This document shows, in pieces, positions 19,732 to 29,420 of a stretch of 64,000 nt of DNA. The translations under genes were made by a program, and so were the position numbers. The notes beneath the pieces were generated by a model. It did not search any database. It saw nothing but the letters and a program-made list of their open reading frames with translations, and had not been told where the DNA came from. Source of the DNA: an uncultured Gemmatimonadaceae bacterium (GTDB taxonomy: Bacteria > Gemmatimonadota > Gemmatimonadetes > Gemmatimonadales > Gemmatimonadaceae); NCBI GenBank assembly GCA_963829055.1, contig CAWHHI010000009.1, positions 148,206 to 212,205 on the forward strand. Reading direction: 5' to 3'. Positions within the stretch are counted from its first letter, which is position 1, and the number at the start of each line of letters is the position of its first letter.

Positions 19732-22074
19732 CTACCCCTTCGGACGCAGCAGCTCGCGGAACGACGGCTGCCCACCGAGCAGTGCAAGGTCAATGTCGGT
19801 GTGCAGGTCGATGCCATAGCAATGGCCTCGCGCGAATGCGCCGCGGAGCGCGGAGATCGCCTGATCCGAGTCGCCGAGGATGGCGAGCACCCGGGCACTG
19901 CACACTAACTGGAGCCCGAACCGGAACCGCCCCTTTTTCGACTGCAGCGTCTGCAGCGTGCCCCTCGCCGTCACGTCGTCGCCGAGGCGGGCGGCGATCG
20001 TACCCGTTAGGCCGATGATCTCGAGGTCCTCCGGCAACTCGGCGGCGAGCTCGCGCGCCACCCTCGCGGCATTGGTCCACTGGCCGGCTTCGCAGTAGGC
20101 ATGTGCGAGGGCGTGGCGATCACGGGCGCCGGGACGCCCGCCTGGTCGCTGCTGCTGGTCGGCGTACCATGCGATCGCTCGCTGCGCCAACGCGATCGCT
20201 TCGGCCGCGTGACCATGCGCGCGCAGTTCCCGGGTCGCATCGAGCATGACGTCCCCAGCGTCCGCGAATCGATCCGGTGGAAACGCGCACGCCTCGTCGA
20301 TGCAGCGACTCACGGCCTCGAGGTTCCCGACGGCCGCGTAGGCGCGGGTCTCGTACAGCACCGCGCTGATTGCTTCCGGGTGATGCGCGCGCCCACGCTG
20401 CGCGGCCTCGAGCTCGCGATCGTGCTCGCCCAGCATGTGATAGGCTTCGGTCAGCCGACGCCAGTGCGGAGTCCAGGAGGGAATCCACCCCTGGCCGGGG
20501 TCGAGCCGCGTTAGGGCTTCGACCGCCGCCTGCGGATGATTGCAGAAGAGCGCCTGCCGGCCGAGTTGCGAGAGCACCTCCGAGTTGGGCACCTGCGCCG
20601 CCGCGAGCCGCACGATTCTGAGCGCCGCGCCTTGCTGGCCGTCGAGACACGCCGTGTAGTACTCGCACGCGAGCTTCTCCAATGTCGAGAGGTTCCCTCC
20701 ACGGGAACGCGCGGTCAGCTCGGTCAGGATCGCCTCCGCCTGCTCCCATTCGCCGAGGTTGCAGCTCGCCTGCATCGCCCACAGCGCCGCGAACGTGAAG
20801 CCTTCGCGGGCGCGTGCGGCGCGGAGCAGGTGCGGAATTGCCGTGCGGAAGTCGCCGCGGAGATGGAGCTCGACGCCTAACGCCAGCTCGAGGTGCGCAT
20901 CGACGTCCGGCGCCTGCGCGACGGCGTCAGCCAGCGACGCGAATCGCGGATCGAAGCGCCCTGCCAGCGCGCCGCAGACGCGCCGGCGCAGCTCGTCGGC
21001 CGCGTCCCACGGCTGCAGGCGCGGCGCGGCCACGTCGCCCACGGTGTCGAGCACGCGGCCGCCGGGGTCGCTGACCTTCGCCTGGAAGCACCACGAGTCC
21101 CCGCGGAGGAAGTATGAACCGGTAACGACGAAGCCAGCGTTTGGCAGCGTGGCGCCCAACCCGCTCGCGTGGTCCGTCGTCACGACGGCGACCGTCCGAC
21201 TCCGGACGAGCCCCTCAGCGATGGCGTCGCACACCAGGCGCCCGACGTAGTCCGACGACGGATCGCCGCCGAGGTTCACCAGCGGCGCGATGGTCACGCG
21301 CGGTGGATCCGGCGCGGCGGCGACCTCACTGGCAGCGTGATGAACGCCTGGGCGGGCCCGCGTGCGGATCGCCTCGATCAGCGCTTTCGTATCGCTCGCG
21401 GGCTCATCCCCCGTCGCGCGCTCGAGACGCTGCGCGAAGGCAGTGTAGGCCTCCAGCGCGGCCGCCGTGTCGCCCACGCGGTCCAGCAGCGTGACCAGCT
21501 GACGCAGTCCCGCCTCGTCGTCGATGCCTAACGACGTAGCCCAGCGGGCGCTCTCGACTGCGCCCGCCGCGTCGCCTGCGCGCTCGCGTCGGTCGGCGAG
21601 CGCCCAGGCCGCCCGCGTAGCGCGTCGGCGAAGGAACACGCGCATGTCCTCGAGCCACCGATCGAACTCCGGCGCGCCCTCGAGGGCGAATCCGGGAAGC
21701 AGGTCGCCGCCATAGAGCGCCATCGCCTCGTCGAGCGCGCCGCGCGAGAGCGCCGCCTCGAACGCACGGGCGTCGCACCACAGGCGAGATTCGTCCGCAG
21801 CCAGCATGTCCGTGCCGCGCGACAGCACGACATCCGCGCCGAGCGCCCGCCGCAGCTGGTGTACCGCCTGACGCAACGCATTGCGAGCGCCCGACTCGGT
21901 AAGCTCAGGCCAGAAGAGCGGAAGCAGGAGGTCGCGCCGCTGGAAGCCGGTCGTACCCGTCATCGCCAGGTAGGCGAGTAGCGCGAGTCGCTTGGGCTGT
22001 ACGAGGACAGCCGTGACTTCGCACCCGTGGGGATCGCGCAGGTCCATCTGGCCGAGCACGCGCAGACGGAACAT
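19732..22074 (-). CDS. SARP/BTAD-domain transcriptional activator with TolB-N-like and TPR regions
   Basis: 'LRVLGQMDL', 'QPKRLALLAYLA', 'RRDLLLPLFWPE', 'LYGGDLLPGF..EFDRWLE'. Confidence 0.88.
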   Translation of the reverse strand: MFRLRVLGQMDLRDPHGCEVTAVLVQPKRLALLAYLAMTGTTGFQRRDLLLPLFWPELTESGARNALRQAVHQLRRALGADVVLSRGTDMLAADESRLWCDARAFEAALSRGALDEAMALYGGDLLPGFALEGAPEFDRWLEDMRVFLRRRATRAAWALADRRERAGDAAGAVESARWATSLGIDDEAGLRQLVTLLDRVGDTAAALEAYTAFAQRLERATGDEPASDTKALIEAIRTRARPGVHHAASEVAAAPDPPRVTIAPLVNLGGDPSSDYVGRLVCDAIAEGLVRSRTVAVVTTDHASGLGATLPNAGFVVTGSYFLRGDSWCFQAKVSDPGGRVLDTVGDVAAPRLQPWDAADELRRRVCGALAGRFDPRFASLADAVAQAPDVDAHLELALGVELHLRGDFRTAIPHLLRAARAREGFTFAALWAMQASCNLGEWEQAEAILTELTARSRGGNLSTLEKLACEYYTACLDGQQGAALRIVRLAAAQVPNSEVLSQLGRQALFCNHPQAAVEALTRLDPGQGWIPSWTPHWRRLTEAYHMLGEHDRELEAAQRGRAHHPEAISAVLYETRAYAAVGNLEAVSRCIDEACAFPPDRFADAGDVMLDATRELRAHGHAAEAIALAQRAIAWYADQQQRPGGRPGARDRHALAHAYCEAGQWTNAARVARELAAELPEDLEIIGLTGTIAARLGDDVTARGTLQTLQSKKGRFRFGLQLVCSARVLAILGDSDQAISALRGAFARGHCYGIDLHTDIDLALLGGQPSFRELLRPKG

Positions 22075-22245
22075 GGACGCCTCGCGAGATGACGGTCTCG
22101 AAACGTGCGGTTGACGCCGCCCGGCGCATGGCGTGTGGCGAACATACGAGTGCCTACACCCCCGTGCAACTTCGCTGCGATGATAGAAGACGGACGGCGT
22201 GACTGAGTTCCGCCACGCCGCCCGTGTGATCGTCGGCCTTCCGAT

Positions 22246-23499
22246 CTACTGTCGTTCGGCGATCACTTCGCCGCGCGAGATCGCGAGATGGTAGGTCACG
22301 TTCAGTGACTTCGCGGCTTCACGAGCGAGGATCTGGTGGCCCGCCGCGCTCGGGTGAACGCCATCGAGCGAGATGAACGGACCGAACGGCTCGTCCGACG
22401 TCAGCAGCGTCGTCGCGCTGAACGGCGACTTCAGGCCACGCTGCCCGTACAGCGGCTCGAGGTCGAAGAAGGCAAAGCCATTCTCGGCCGCGACGTCCCG
22501 GATATGCGCGTTCATCTCGACCAGCTGCGCTTCCAGCGCGCTGACATCCGCCGGGGTCAGCACGTAGTCCTGCGTGCCCGGGACGTCGGCACAGCTCAGC
22601 GTGACGGCCGGCTGTCCCGCGATCGCTGCCGCGTACGCGCCGACGACTTTCGCGGGAACGTAGATGAGGTTCTCGCTCCCGCTCCCGGCGCAGTCCGCAC
22701 TCACGAAAATGCCGAACTGGGCGAGCTCCGCTCGATTGGCGTCGAGCTCCGCGCCACGCCGCAAGCTCGGGAAGTTCCCGACGTCGGATAGCAGTCCGAC
22801 GAGGAGCACCTTCGCGCCCGCGGTCTTCACGCCAGCGATGAGCTGGTCGTACGCGGGCCGCCACGCAGCCGTCGGGACGATCGTTAGGCCGGGGGCCACG
22901 AGTCCGGAGCGCGCCCCGAGCACCTCGTTCACCCCGAACTCCACGGAGACGAGGTCCGGCTGCAGGGCGAGCATCGCCGTGAGCTGCGTCTGTCCGGCGC
23001 CGAGCACGCGGCTGTAGAACGCCCCGCGGAGCGGCCACGATGCCGGTGGTGGCGACTGCGGCGTGGTCGCCAGCGCGTTGGCGGTGATCGCTTCGGAGAT
23101 GGCCAGGTTCTGCGTCGGCGCGACGATTCCGTTCACGAGTGGCGTGCAGACGCTGCTGCGGACGAACGGGGATTCGCCATTCACGCGTCGGAGCGACGCG
23201 AGCGGCGATGCCAGCGGCGGCTGGCAGCCCGCTGCCTGCATCAGAGGTTGGGAGAAGGGCACACCGGCGAGCGCCGCGAGCTGCGCGGGCCAGGATTGCG
23301 CCTGATCGGCGCCAACGACGCCATTCGACATCACGCCCATGCTCAGACTGGTCCCCATGGCGACGTAGGTGCCGACGCGAGAGTGTTCGCCGAAGCTGAA
23401 GGACGGCGGCTGACGCGTTGACGCGGATGTCGGGTCGGTCGCGGCGTCGGCGCAGGCGGCGACCAGCGCCAGACACAAGAGCGGAAGTGTGCGGGTCAT
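22246..23499 (-). CDS. SGNH/GDSL hydrolase lipoprotein
   Basis: Lipobox 'LVAAC', block I 'GTSLSMG', block III 'GVNE', block V 'DGVHP'. Confidence 0.85.
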   Translation of the reverse strand: MTRTLPLLCLALVAACADAATDPTSASTRQPPSFSFGEHSRVGTYVAMGTSLSMGVMSNGVVGADQAQSWPAQLAALAGVPFSQPLMQAAGCQPPLASPLASLRRVNGESPFVRSSVCTPLVNGIVAPTQNLAISEAITANALATTPQSPPPASWPLRGAFYSRVLGAGQTQLTAMLALQPDLVSVEFGVNEVLGARSGLVAPGLTIVPTAAWRPAYDQLIAGVKTAGAKVLLVGLLSDVGNFPSLRRGAELDANRAELAQFGIFVSADCAGSGSENLIYVPAKVVGAYAAAIAGQPAVTLSCADVPGTQDYVLTPADVSALEAQLVEMNAHIRDVAAENGFAFFDLEPLYGQRGLKSPFSATTLLTSDEPFGPFISLDGVHPSAAGHQILAREAAKSLNVTYHLAISRGEVIAERQ

Positions 23500-23596
23500 G
23501 ATGTCCCATCCTTTGGCAGGAGCCGTCTGCTGCGGCGCTGGTCGGGATGGCCAGGCCGCGGGACGTCCGTAGGTGCCGAGGACAGTACGAGCGCCG

Positions 23597-23657
23597 CGTT
23601 ATCCGCCTGTGTCCCTGCCGTTATCTGGGCGATGCGAGCGTGGCCCGCGGGAGTTAT
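23597..23657. promoter_or_regulatory. GTTAT direct repeats at multiples of 11 bp (putative SARP operator)
   Basis: GTTAT at 23598, 23620 and 23653 (spacings 22 and 33). Confidence 0.45.
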
Positions 23658-23764
23658 GGAACTCCCCTCACCGGCGGTCTGCGTCGTGGAAGAGCGGCGG
23701 CGCGATGCTGTGGTCGTTAGGCGCTATGGGCCCGAACGCGCGCGGTGCGGACAGTCCTGGCAGC

Positions 23765-23989
23765 TCAGTCGCCGCGTGGTGCGACCGTCGGCCACGGGAC
23801 GCCGGCGTCCCCCAGGCGGAGCGCGTCCCTGCGGATCTGCAGCGCCCGCTCGAGTGCGCGCCGCTCGACCGTGTGCAGCTCGCTCGCGCGGACCAGGTCG
23901 CGTGTGGCCTCGAGGTCGGCCGCACTCTTCGCGGTCGCGATTGCATCGGTGAGGTGGAGAAACACGCGTGCGTCCATTGGCTGAACCAT
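23765..23989 (-). CDS. Small helical hypothetical protein (paralog A)
   Basis: Similar to 24530-24802: 'DAIA...HxxERRALERAL..R'. Confidence 0.65.
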   Translation of the reverse strand: MVQPMDARVFLHLTDAIATAKSAADLEATRDLVRASELHTVERRALERALQIRRDALRLGDAGVPWPTVAPRGD

Positions 23990-24188
23990 TCCATTGGGAC
24001 GCCAAACGCTGTGGCAGACAGCATGCCCGGACAGCCGGTCGCTACTATCAGCCCCCCACGTGGACCCTCCTCAGCCAGCAGAAGCCCGACCTGGGCTGCG
24101 GCAGGCCCGTCGGTGCGCTCACGCCATCGGCGAACGGCGCCGATGTCCGCCTCATCCGCACGGCACGGGCTCTGCTCTATGCGTGCGC

Positions 24189-24542
24189 ATGCCGAGCGAT
24201 ACGCCGTCGCCACCCGTCACCCGCCGCGGGGAGGACCCCCGGGGGTTCGCGCGCGAGCTGGTGGGTACGGCGGCTGCCGACTACGCGCGCATCCGCGCGG
24301 CGATGATCGCCGGGGTCGCCCCGGAGGGAATCAGCGCGTCAGCGTCGGCGGCCCAGGAGATGCTCCGCGCCGCGGTGGTCGACTACGCGAAGACCCTTCG
24401 CGCCACGGGCGCGCCGCCCGAGGGCGTGCTCGTCGAGGTCAGGGCGGCGGTCGACGCGGCGTTGCGGCTCGACGAGCTTGAGCGTCGCGCGTGCGTGGGC
24501 AGCGCCGTCCGCTGGGCCACCAAGGCGTACTACGACGCCTGA
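24189..24542 (+). CDS. Small hypothetical protein ('LRAAVVDYAKTLRATGAPPEGVLVEVR...VRWATKAYY')
   Basis: Coding-like codon usage; start approximate (MPSDT). Confidence 0.6.
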   Translation: MPSDTPSPPVTRRGEDPRGFARELVGTAAADYARIRAAMIAGVAPEGISASASAAQEMLRAAVVDYAKTLRATGAPPEGVLVEVRAAVDAALRLDELERRACVGSAVRWATKAYYDA

Positions 24543-24802
24543 CGGGGTGGAAGCCCAGAGCCGGCCGGTCCCTGAGCGATCGGCGGCCGCCCCAGTTCCG
24601 CCGCCGTCTGCACCGCGAGCGCGCGGGCGCGGAGCTGGCGCTCCAGGGCGAGCCGATCGAGCGGGTGCATGTCGGTGCTCGCGACGAGGGTGCGCATCGC
24701 CTTGATGTCGTCGGCCGTGCGGGTCGCGGCAATCGCGTCCACGAGGCCGTAGTACGCGCGGGCGTTCATGAATGCAGGGGGAGAGTGGGCGACGGCTACC
24801 AA
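24530..24802 (-). CDS. Small helical hypothetical protein (paralog B)
   Basis: 'MNARAYYGLVDAIAA...MHPLDRLALERQLRAR' aligns with paralog A. Confidence 0.65.
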   Translation of the reverse strand: MVAVAHSPPAFMNARAYYGLVDAIAATRTADDIKAMRTLVASTDMHPLDRLALERQLRARALAVQTAAELGRPPIAQGPAGSGLPPRQAS

Positions 24803-25145
24803 CGCAGCGCTCCCGCGTGGGATCGGCGGTCGGAATTCACCATTCCGGGCCGCGCCACCGTCACCACGGGATGCACGAGGGGAGACGCCTCGCGCGTCGC
24901 GTTAGGAAGCATGCGCCGTTCCACGCCGAATCGCTAGGGATGCCAAGCGTTCGGTGCGCGGATCGAACCGGTACGCGCCGTGGCGGCCAACGACGTGCGG
25001 CCGACGCGCGACAGTCGTTGCGCACCGGCTACAAACCGTACCGCTGGTTCCTGGTCGGCTGCGGTGGCCGGGATAAACCTGGCCGACAAGATGGACAGCG
25101 TGCGATCGAAGCCGGGCACTGTGGGCTTGACGGCGATCCGTCATA

Positions 25146-25162
25146 ACATAGAATGTCTATGT
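25146..25162. promoter_or_regulatory. Putative PadR operator ACATAGAATGTCTATGT
   Basis: Dyad ending 1 bp before the padR ATG. Confidence 0.6.
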
Positions 25163-25163
25163 C

Positions 25164-25496
25164 ATGACCGGCCGCGAACCGATTCCCCAGGGCACGCTGG
25201 ATCTGCTCGTGCTCAGCACCCTGGACCAGCGCCCCGAGCTCCACGGCTTCGAGATCTCGGAGGCGATCGGCCGGCGGTCCGGTGATGTCCTCCAGGTGGA
25301 GGAGGGTTCGCTCTATCCCGCGCTGCAGCGCCTGATGGTCAACGGCTGGATCAAAGGGAAGTGGGGCCGGACCGACGAGAATCGCCGCGCGCGCTATTAC
25401 CACATCACCGCCGAAGGCCAGCGCGAGCTGGCGCGGAAGCTCTCGAGCTACCAGCGCGTGAGCGGCGCGATTGCCGCCGTCCTCCAGCCAGCCTAA
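25164..25496 (+). CDS. PadR-family transcriptional regulator
   Basis: 'QGTLDLLVL', 'LHGFEI', 'VEEGSLYPALQRL', 'NRRARYY'. Confidence 0.92.
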   Translation: MTGREPIPQGTLDLLVLSTLDQRPELHGFEISEAIGRRSGDVLQVEEGSLYPALQRLMVNGWIKGKWGRTDENRRARYYHITAEGQRELARKLSSYQRVSGAIAAVLQPA

Positions 25497-25500
25497 CGCC

Positions 25501-28188
25501 ATGTTTCTCGCCGTCTGGTGGCGCCGCCTGTGGCTCTTCCTCAATCGCGATCGCGTCCGTCGGGAGCTCGAGGAAGAGATGCAGCTCCACCGCGATCTTC
25601 GAGCGCGCGCGATGGAACGAGGCGGCGCCGCCCCAGTGGACGCCGCCGCTGCCGCGCGCCGCCGCTTCGGGCACGAGGTCACGCTGGCCGAGCGAAGCCA
25701 GGAGAGCTGGGGATTCCAGCGCGGTGATGAGCTGCGGTGGAACGTGCGCTATGCGTTGCGCCGACTGGCGAATCGCCCGGCATACGCGGCGACGATCGTC
25801 CTGGTCATGGGCCTCGGCATCGGGGCGACGACCGCGATGTTCAGCGCGGTGGATGCGGTGATGCTTCGCGCGCTGCCGTTCCGCGAGCCGAGCCGGCTGG
25901 TATCGCTGCCAATCGTCGAGCTCCCCTTCGCTCCTGGTCCGGGTAAGCCCGCGGAAGTGCGGGCGACCGTCGATCTCGACGGCGCGGCGGCCATGCCGGA
26001 CGTGTTCTCTTCGGTAGCCGCATTCGCGGCGGGGCGGCTCAACCTCCCCGATGTCGAGCGCCCACTCCGCCTTCGAGCGGCGGTAGTGACGGACGGCTTC
26101 TTCCGAACGTTAGGCGTCGAGCCGATGGTCGGACGGACATTCGTGAAAGAGGAGACGGTTCCCGGCGCGGGGACAGTCGTGGTCCTGTCGGACGCGCTGT
26201 GGCGGAGGCAGTACGGCGCGCGAGACATGCTCGGCGAAACCATCCTGTTGGACGATCAGCGATACCAGGTCATCGGCGTCATGCCGCCGGGCTTCTCCTT
26301 TCCGCGGGAGAGCGATCTCTGGATCCCGATGTCGGTCCCACTTACGCCCGCCACGTTCGCGGCCTTCGGTGGGATGCTCAACTGGGAGGTGATGGCGCGG
26401 CTGACGCCGGGCGTAGAAATGACGGCGGCCAACAGCCGGCTCCTGCAGCGCTGGGCGCAGGCGATCGACGGTCGGGATCGGAGGGATTCACGCGAGGACA
26501 GGGAAGGGAGGCTCGCCTACCTGCGGAGCAGCGGGGCGGTGCGCCCGCTGCAGGCCTATCTCGCCGGAACGCGTGCGACGGCCCTTCTGGTGCTGCTGGG
26601 CGCGACCGGTCTCCTGCTCCTGATCGCCTGTGCCAACGTCACCAATCTCCTGCTGTCCGACGCCGCGAGCCGCACGCGGGAGATGGCGCTCCGAACGGCG
26701 CTCGGCGCCTCTCGCGCGCGAGTCTTCCGTCAGGTGCTGACCGAGAGTGTGATGCTCGCGTTAGGCGGGATCGGGGCCGGACTGCTGCTGGCGCCGGTGG
26801 TGCTCCGCGCGCTGCAGGCGCTGATGCCGCCGGAGCTCGCGGGCGTCGTCGAGCCACAAATCGACTGGCGAGTGCTGGGCTTCGCGTCGTCGCTCGGTCT
26901 CGTGACCGGGATCGGCTTCGGCCTCTGGCCGGCGCGTGCCGCCAGCCGCACCGATCCCGGAGAGACACTCAAGAGCAGCGGAACTCTGCTGGCGACTGGC
27001 CGGCGTAGCGCCCGTGGCCGGCGGATGCTGATCGTCGTCGAGGTCGCGCTGTCGCTCATGCTGCTGGTCGGATCGGGGCTCTTGCTTCGGAGCTTTTCCA
27101 AGCTGATGCGCGTCGAGCGGGGGATGGATACAGCGCACGTGGCCTCTCTCGAGCTGTCCTTCGCCGGCAAGACGCATAACGCGACCCGCCTCGCCCGCAT
27201 CGAGGCGATGCTCGAGCGGTTGCGTCGGTCTCCGGGTGTCGAGCGCGCCGCCGCGGTGAGTGAGCTGCCCCTGAGTAGCGGTGAAGGGTACGCGGAGCCT
27301 CTCGACCCCGTGGATGGCGGGGCCGCGCCGCCGAGCGGGTCCCGTGGCGCGAGATACCTGCACGTGTCGCCGAGCTACTTCGGCACTCTCGGGATCGCCT
27401 TTCGTAGTGGGCGGGACTTCACACCGCGCGACGATTCGCTCGCCCCACCGACGGTCATCATCAACGAGACGCTCGCCCGACAGTGGTTTCCGAACGTCGA
27501 TCCGGTCGGGCGCCAGCTCCTCGGGCACCCCGGTCCCGGGCGCAACGTGCATTACACCGTGGTCGGCGTGGTGGCTGACGTGCGCGAGCAGGATCTGGCC
27601 AGCGATGTGCCTCCTCAGCTCTATCACCCCATGTACCGGGTCACGCCGACAGCCTTCGCGCTGGTCGCGCGTGGCCACGCAGAACCTGCGGCGCTCTTCG
27701 CCGCGCTCCAGAACGCGGTGCGTGCGGTGGACCCGAGTCAGGCGGTGGGCCGAGCGCGGATGATGGACCAGGTGGTGCGGGAATCTGTGGCGCCGCAGCG
27801 GACGAACGCACTGCTCATCAGCCTGTTCGCCGCGTTAGCGCTAGTCCTGGCCGCGTTAGGTGTCTATTCCGTCGTGGCGCACGGCGTTGCGCAGCGTGGC
27901 CGGGAGTTCGGAATCCGCACCGCGCTCGGCGCAACGGGCGGCAACTTGCTGGTCATGGTCTCGCGGGAAATCTTCGTCGTAGTCGCGTTAGGCATCGCGA
28001 TCGGGCTTGCGGGCGCATGGGCTGGGGCGAGAGTGCTCGAGGCGTCGGTCTATGGTATCACCGTTCATGACGCCACGACGTTCGTGATCGGTCCCGCGAC
28101 GCTGGGCATCATTGCCATGACGGCGGCGGTGCTGCCGCTGCGGCGAGTCTTCCGGGTCAATCCCGTGGAGGTGATCCGGAGCGAGTAG
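25501..28188 (+). CDS. ADOP-family duplicated ABC permease
   Basis: 'ELEEEMQLH', '[11 protein letters not shown]', '[13 protein letters not shown]', 'REFGIRTALGA'. Confidence 0.92.
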   Translation: MFLAVWWRRLWLFLNRDRVRRELEEEMQLHRDLRARAMERGGAAPVDAAAAARRRFGHEVTLAERSQESWGFQRGDELRWNVRYALRRLANRPAYAATIVLVMGLGIGATTAMFSAVDAVMLRALPFREPSRLVSLPIVELPFAPGPGKPAEVRATVDLDGAAAMPDVFSSVAAFAAGRLNLPDVERPLRLRAAVVTDGFFRTLGVEPMVGRTFVKEETVPGAGTVVVLSDALWRRQYGARDMLGETILLDDQRYQVIGVMPPGFSFPRESDLWIPMSVPLTPATFAAFGGMLNWEVMARLTPGVEMTAANSRLLQRWAQAIDGRDRRDSREDREGRLAYLRSSGAVRPLQAYLAGTRATALLVLLGATGLLLLIACANVTNLLLSDAASRTREMALRTALGASRARVFRQVLTESVMLALGGIGAGLLLAPVVLRALQALMPPELAGVVEPQIDWRVLGFASSLGLVTGIGFGLWPARAASRTDPGETLKSSGTLLATGRRSARGRRMLIVVEVALSLMLLVGSGLLLRSFSKLMRVERGMDTAHVASLELSFAGKTHNATRLARIEAMLERLRRSPGVERAAAVSELPLSSGEGYAEPLDPVDGGAAPPSGSRGARYLHVSPSYFGTLGIAFRSGRDFTPRDDSLAPPTVIINETLARQWFPNVDPVGRQLLGHPGPGRNVHYTVVGVVADVREQDLASDVPPQLYHPMYRVTPTAFALVARGHAEPAALFAALQNAVRAVDPSQAVGRARMMDQVVRESVAPQRTNALLISLFAALALVLAALGVYSVVAHGVAQRGREFGIRTALGATGGNLLVMVSREIFVVVALGIAIGLAGAWAGARVLEASVYGITVHDATTFVIGPATLGIIAMTAAVLPLRRVFRVNPVEVIRSE

Positions 28189-29254
28189 CCGCGGCACGCG
28201 ACCGGGGACGCGCGCCAGCCGTTCGTGCTGCAGCTGGCCCGCGCGCGACAGGCCCGGCCGCCCGCGTCGCCTCACGCGGTGAACCGCCCCACTGGCTACT
28301 CCACGCTCGGCGAAGCTGCAATCCCGACCGGAACCCGGCCACCTCCGCCGCTCGCGTGACGCTCGCGCCGAATTCGAGAGACTGCCGCGCGCGCTCGAGG
28401 CGGATCGAGCGCAGGTAGTGCAACGGAGACACGCACGCGTGCTCGATGAAGAGCCGCAGCAGGTGACGCTCCGTCGTATTCCCGACCGACGCGAGCGACG
28501 CCATGTCCCAATCACGCTCGGGCCTCGTGATGATGGCGTCCTGCACGCGGTGTACGGTCGCATGCAGATGCCGGCGATGCATGTGAAAGGGCGACAGCTC
28601 CGGATCCCGCGGCGAGCGCCTCAGGTACACCACCATGTCCTCGGCCACACTGGCCGCGAGCGCCTCACCACACTCCTCGGCGATGAGGTGCAACGCGATG
28701 TCGATGCCGGCGGTAATGCCGGCACTGGACGCGAGCGGTCCATCGACGACGATCACGCGGTTGTCGATCACCTGCGCCTGCGGCGCGAGCGTCCGTAACG
28801 CGGACAGCAGCTCGTGATGCGTGGTGCAACGTCGTCTGCCGAGCAAGCCGGCCCGTGCCGCGAGCAGCGTGCCCGAGCAGATGGTGAGCAGACGGTGCGG
28901 CGTGTCCGCGGTACTCAAGGGGCCGCGCAGGTTCTCGTTCAGCCACTTCGCGGTGGCGACGATCGCGGGCGTCGTCTCTCGCGTATGCGCGGTCGGTTGG
29001 CCGACGACCACCACCCACGTGGGCGCGCTCAGGCGCTGTGGGAGCGGGACCAGCCCCGCGAGCGACAGTCCGACAGACGTGGACAGCGTCGCGTCGTGAC
29101 TCGCGAACCGCAAGCGAAACCGCGGCGGCTGGCCGCGCCGCTCGCGATGCTGGTTCGCCAGACGAAACGCCTCCGCCGGACCGGCGATGTCGAGCAGCAG
29201 CGAGTGCGGCACGATGACGAACAGGACGTCGATCAGATGAGCGTGTGTGATCAT
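28157..29254 (-). CDS. GlxA-family regulator (DJ-1/PfpI domain + AraC HTH)
   Basis: 'LLDIAGPAEAF', 'ICSGTLLAARAGLL..RRCTTHH', 'SSAGITAGID', C-terminal HTH. Confidence 0.88.
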   Translation of the reverse strand: MITHAHLIDVLFVIVPHSLLLDIAGPAEAFRLANQHRERRGQPPRFRLRFASHDATLSTSVGLSLAGLVPLPQRLSAPTWVVVVGQPTAHTRETTPAIVATAKWLNENLRGPLSTADTPHRLLTICSGTLLAARAGLLGRRRCTTHHELLSALRTLAPQAQVIDNRVIVVDGPLASSAGITAGIDIALHLIAEECGEALAASVAEDMVVYLRRSPRDPELSPFHMHRRHLHATVHRVQDAIITRPERDWDMASLASVGNTTERHLLRLFIEHACVSPLHYLRSIRLERARQSLEFGASVTRAAEVAGFRSGLQLRRAWSSQWGGSPREATRAAGPVARGPAAARTAGARPRSRAAATRSGSPPRD

Positions 29255-29339
29255 TGTCGGACATGGCCTGGACTCCGAACGCTACGTCACCTGTGCGGCG
29301 GACGCGATGGGTGGCACGGGCAGATGTCCGAAAATGATC
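29249..29339. promoter_or_regulatory. Inverted pair of 16-bp boxes ATGTCCGAmAATGATC in a divergent promoter region
   Basis: 29249-29264 (minus) and 29324-29339 (plus) match at 15/16. Confidence 0.55.
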
Positions 29340-29420
29340 GAAAGTCGTCGGCTGGTGATGCGCCCGATGCTTGCGACCACCCTACCTTCGCGATGCCGCG
29401 ACTCCCCGAGAGGACATTCC

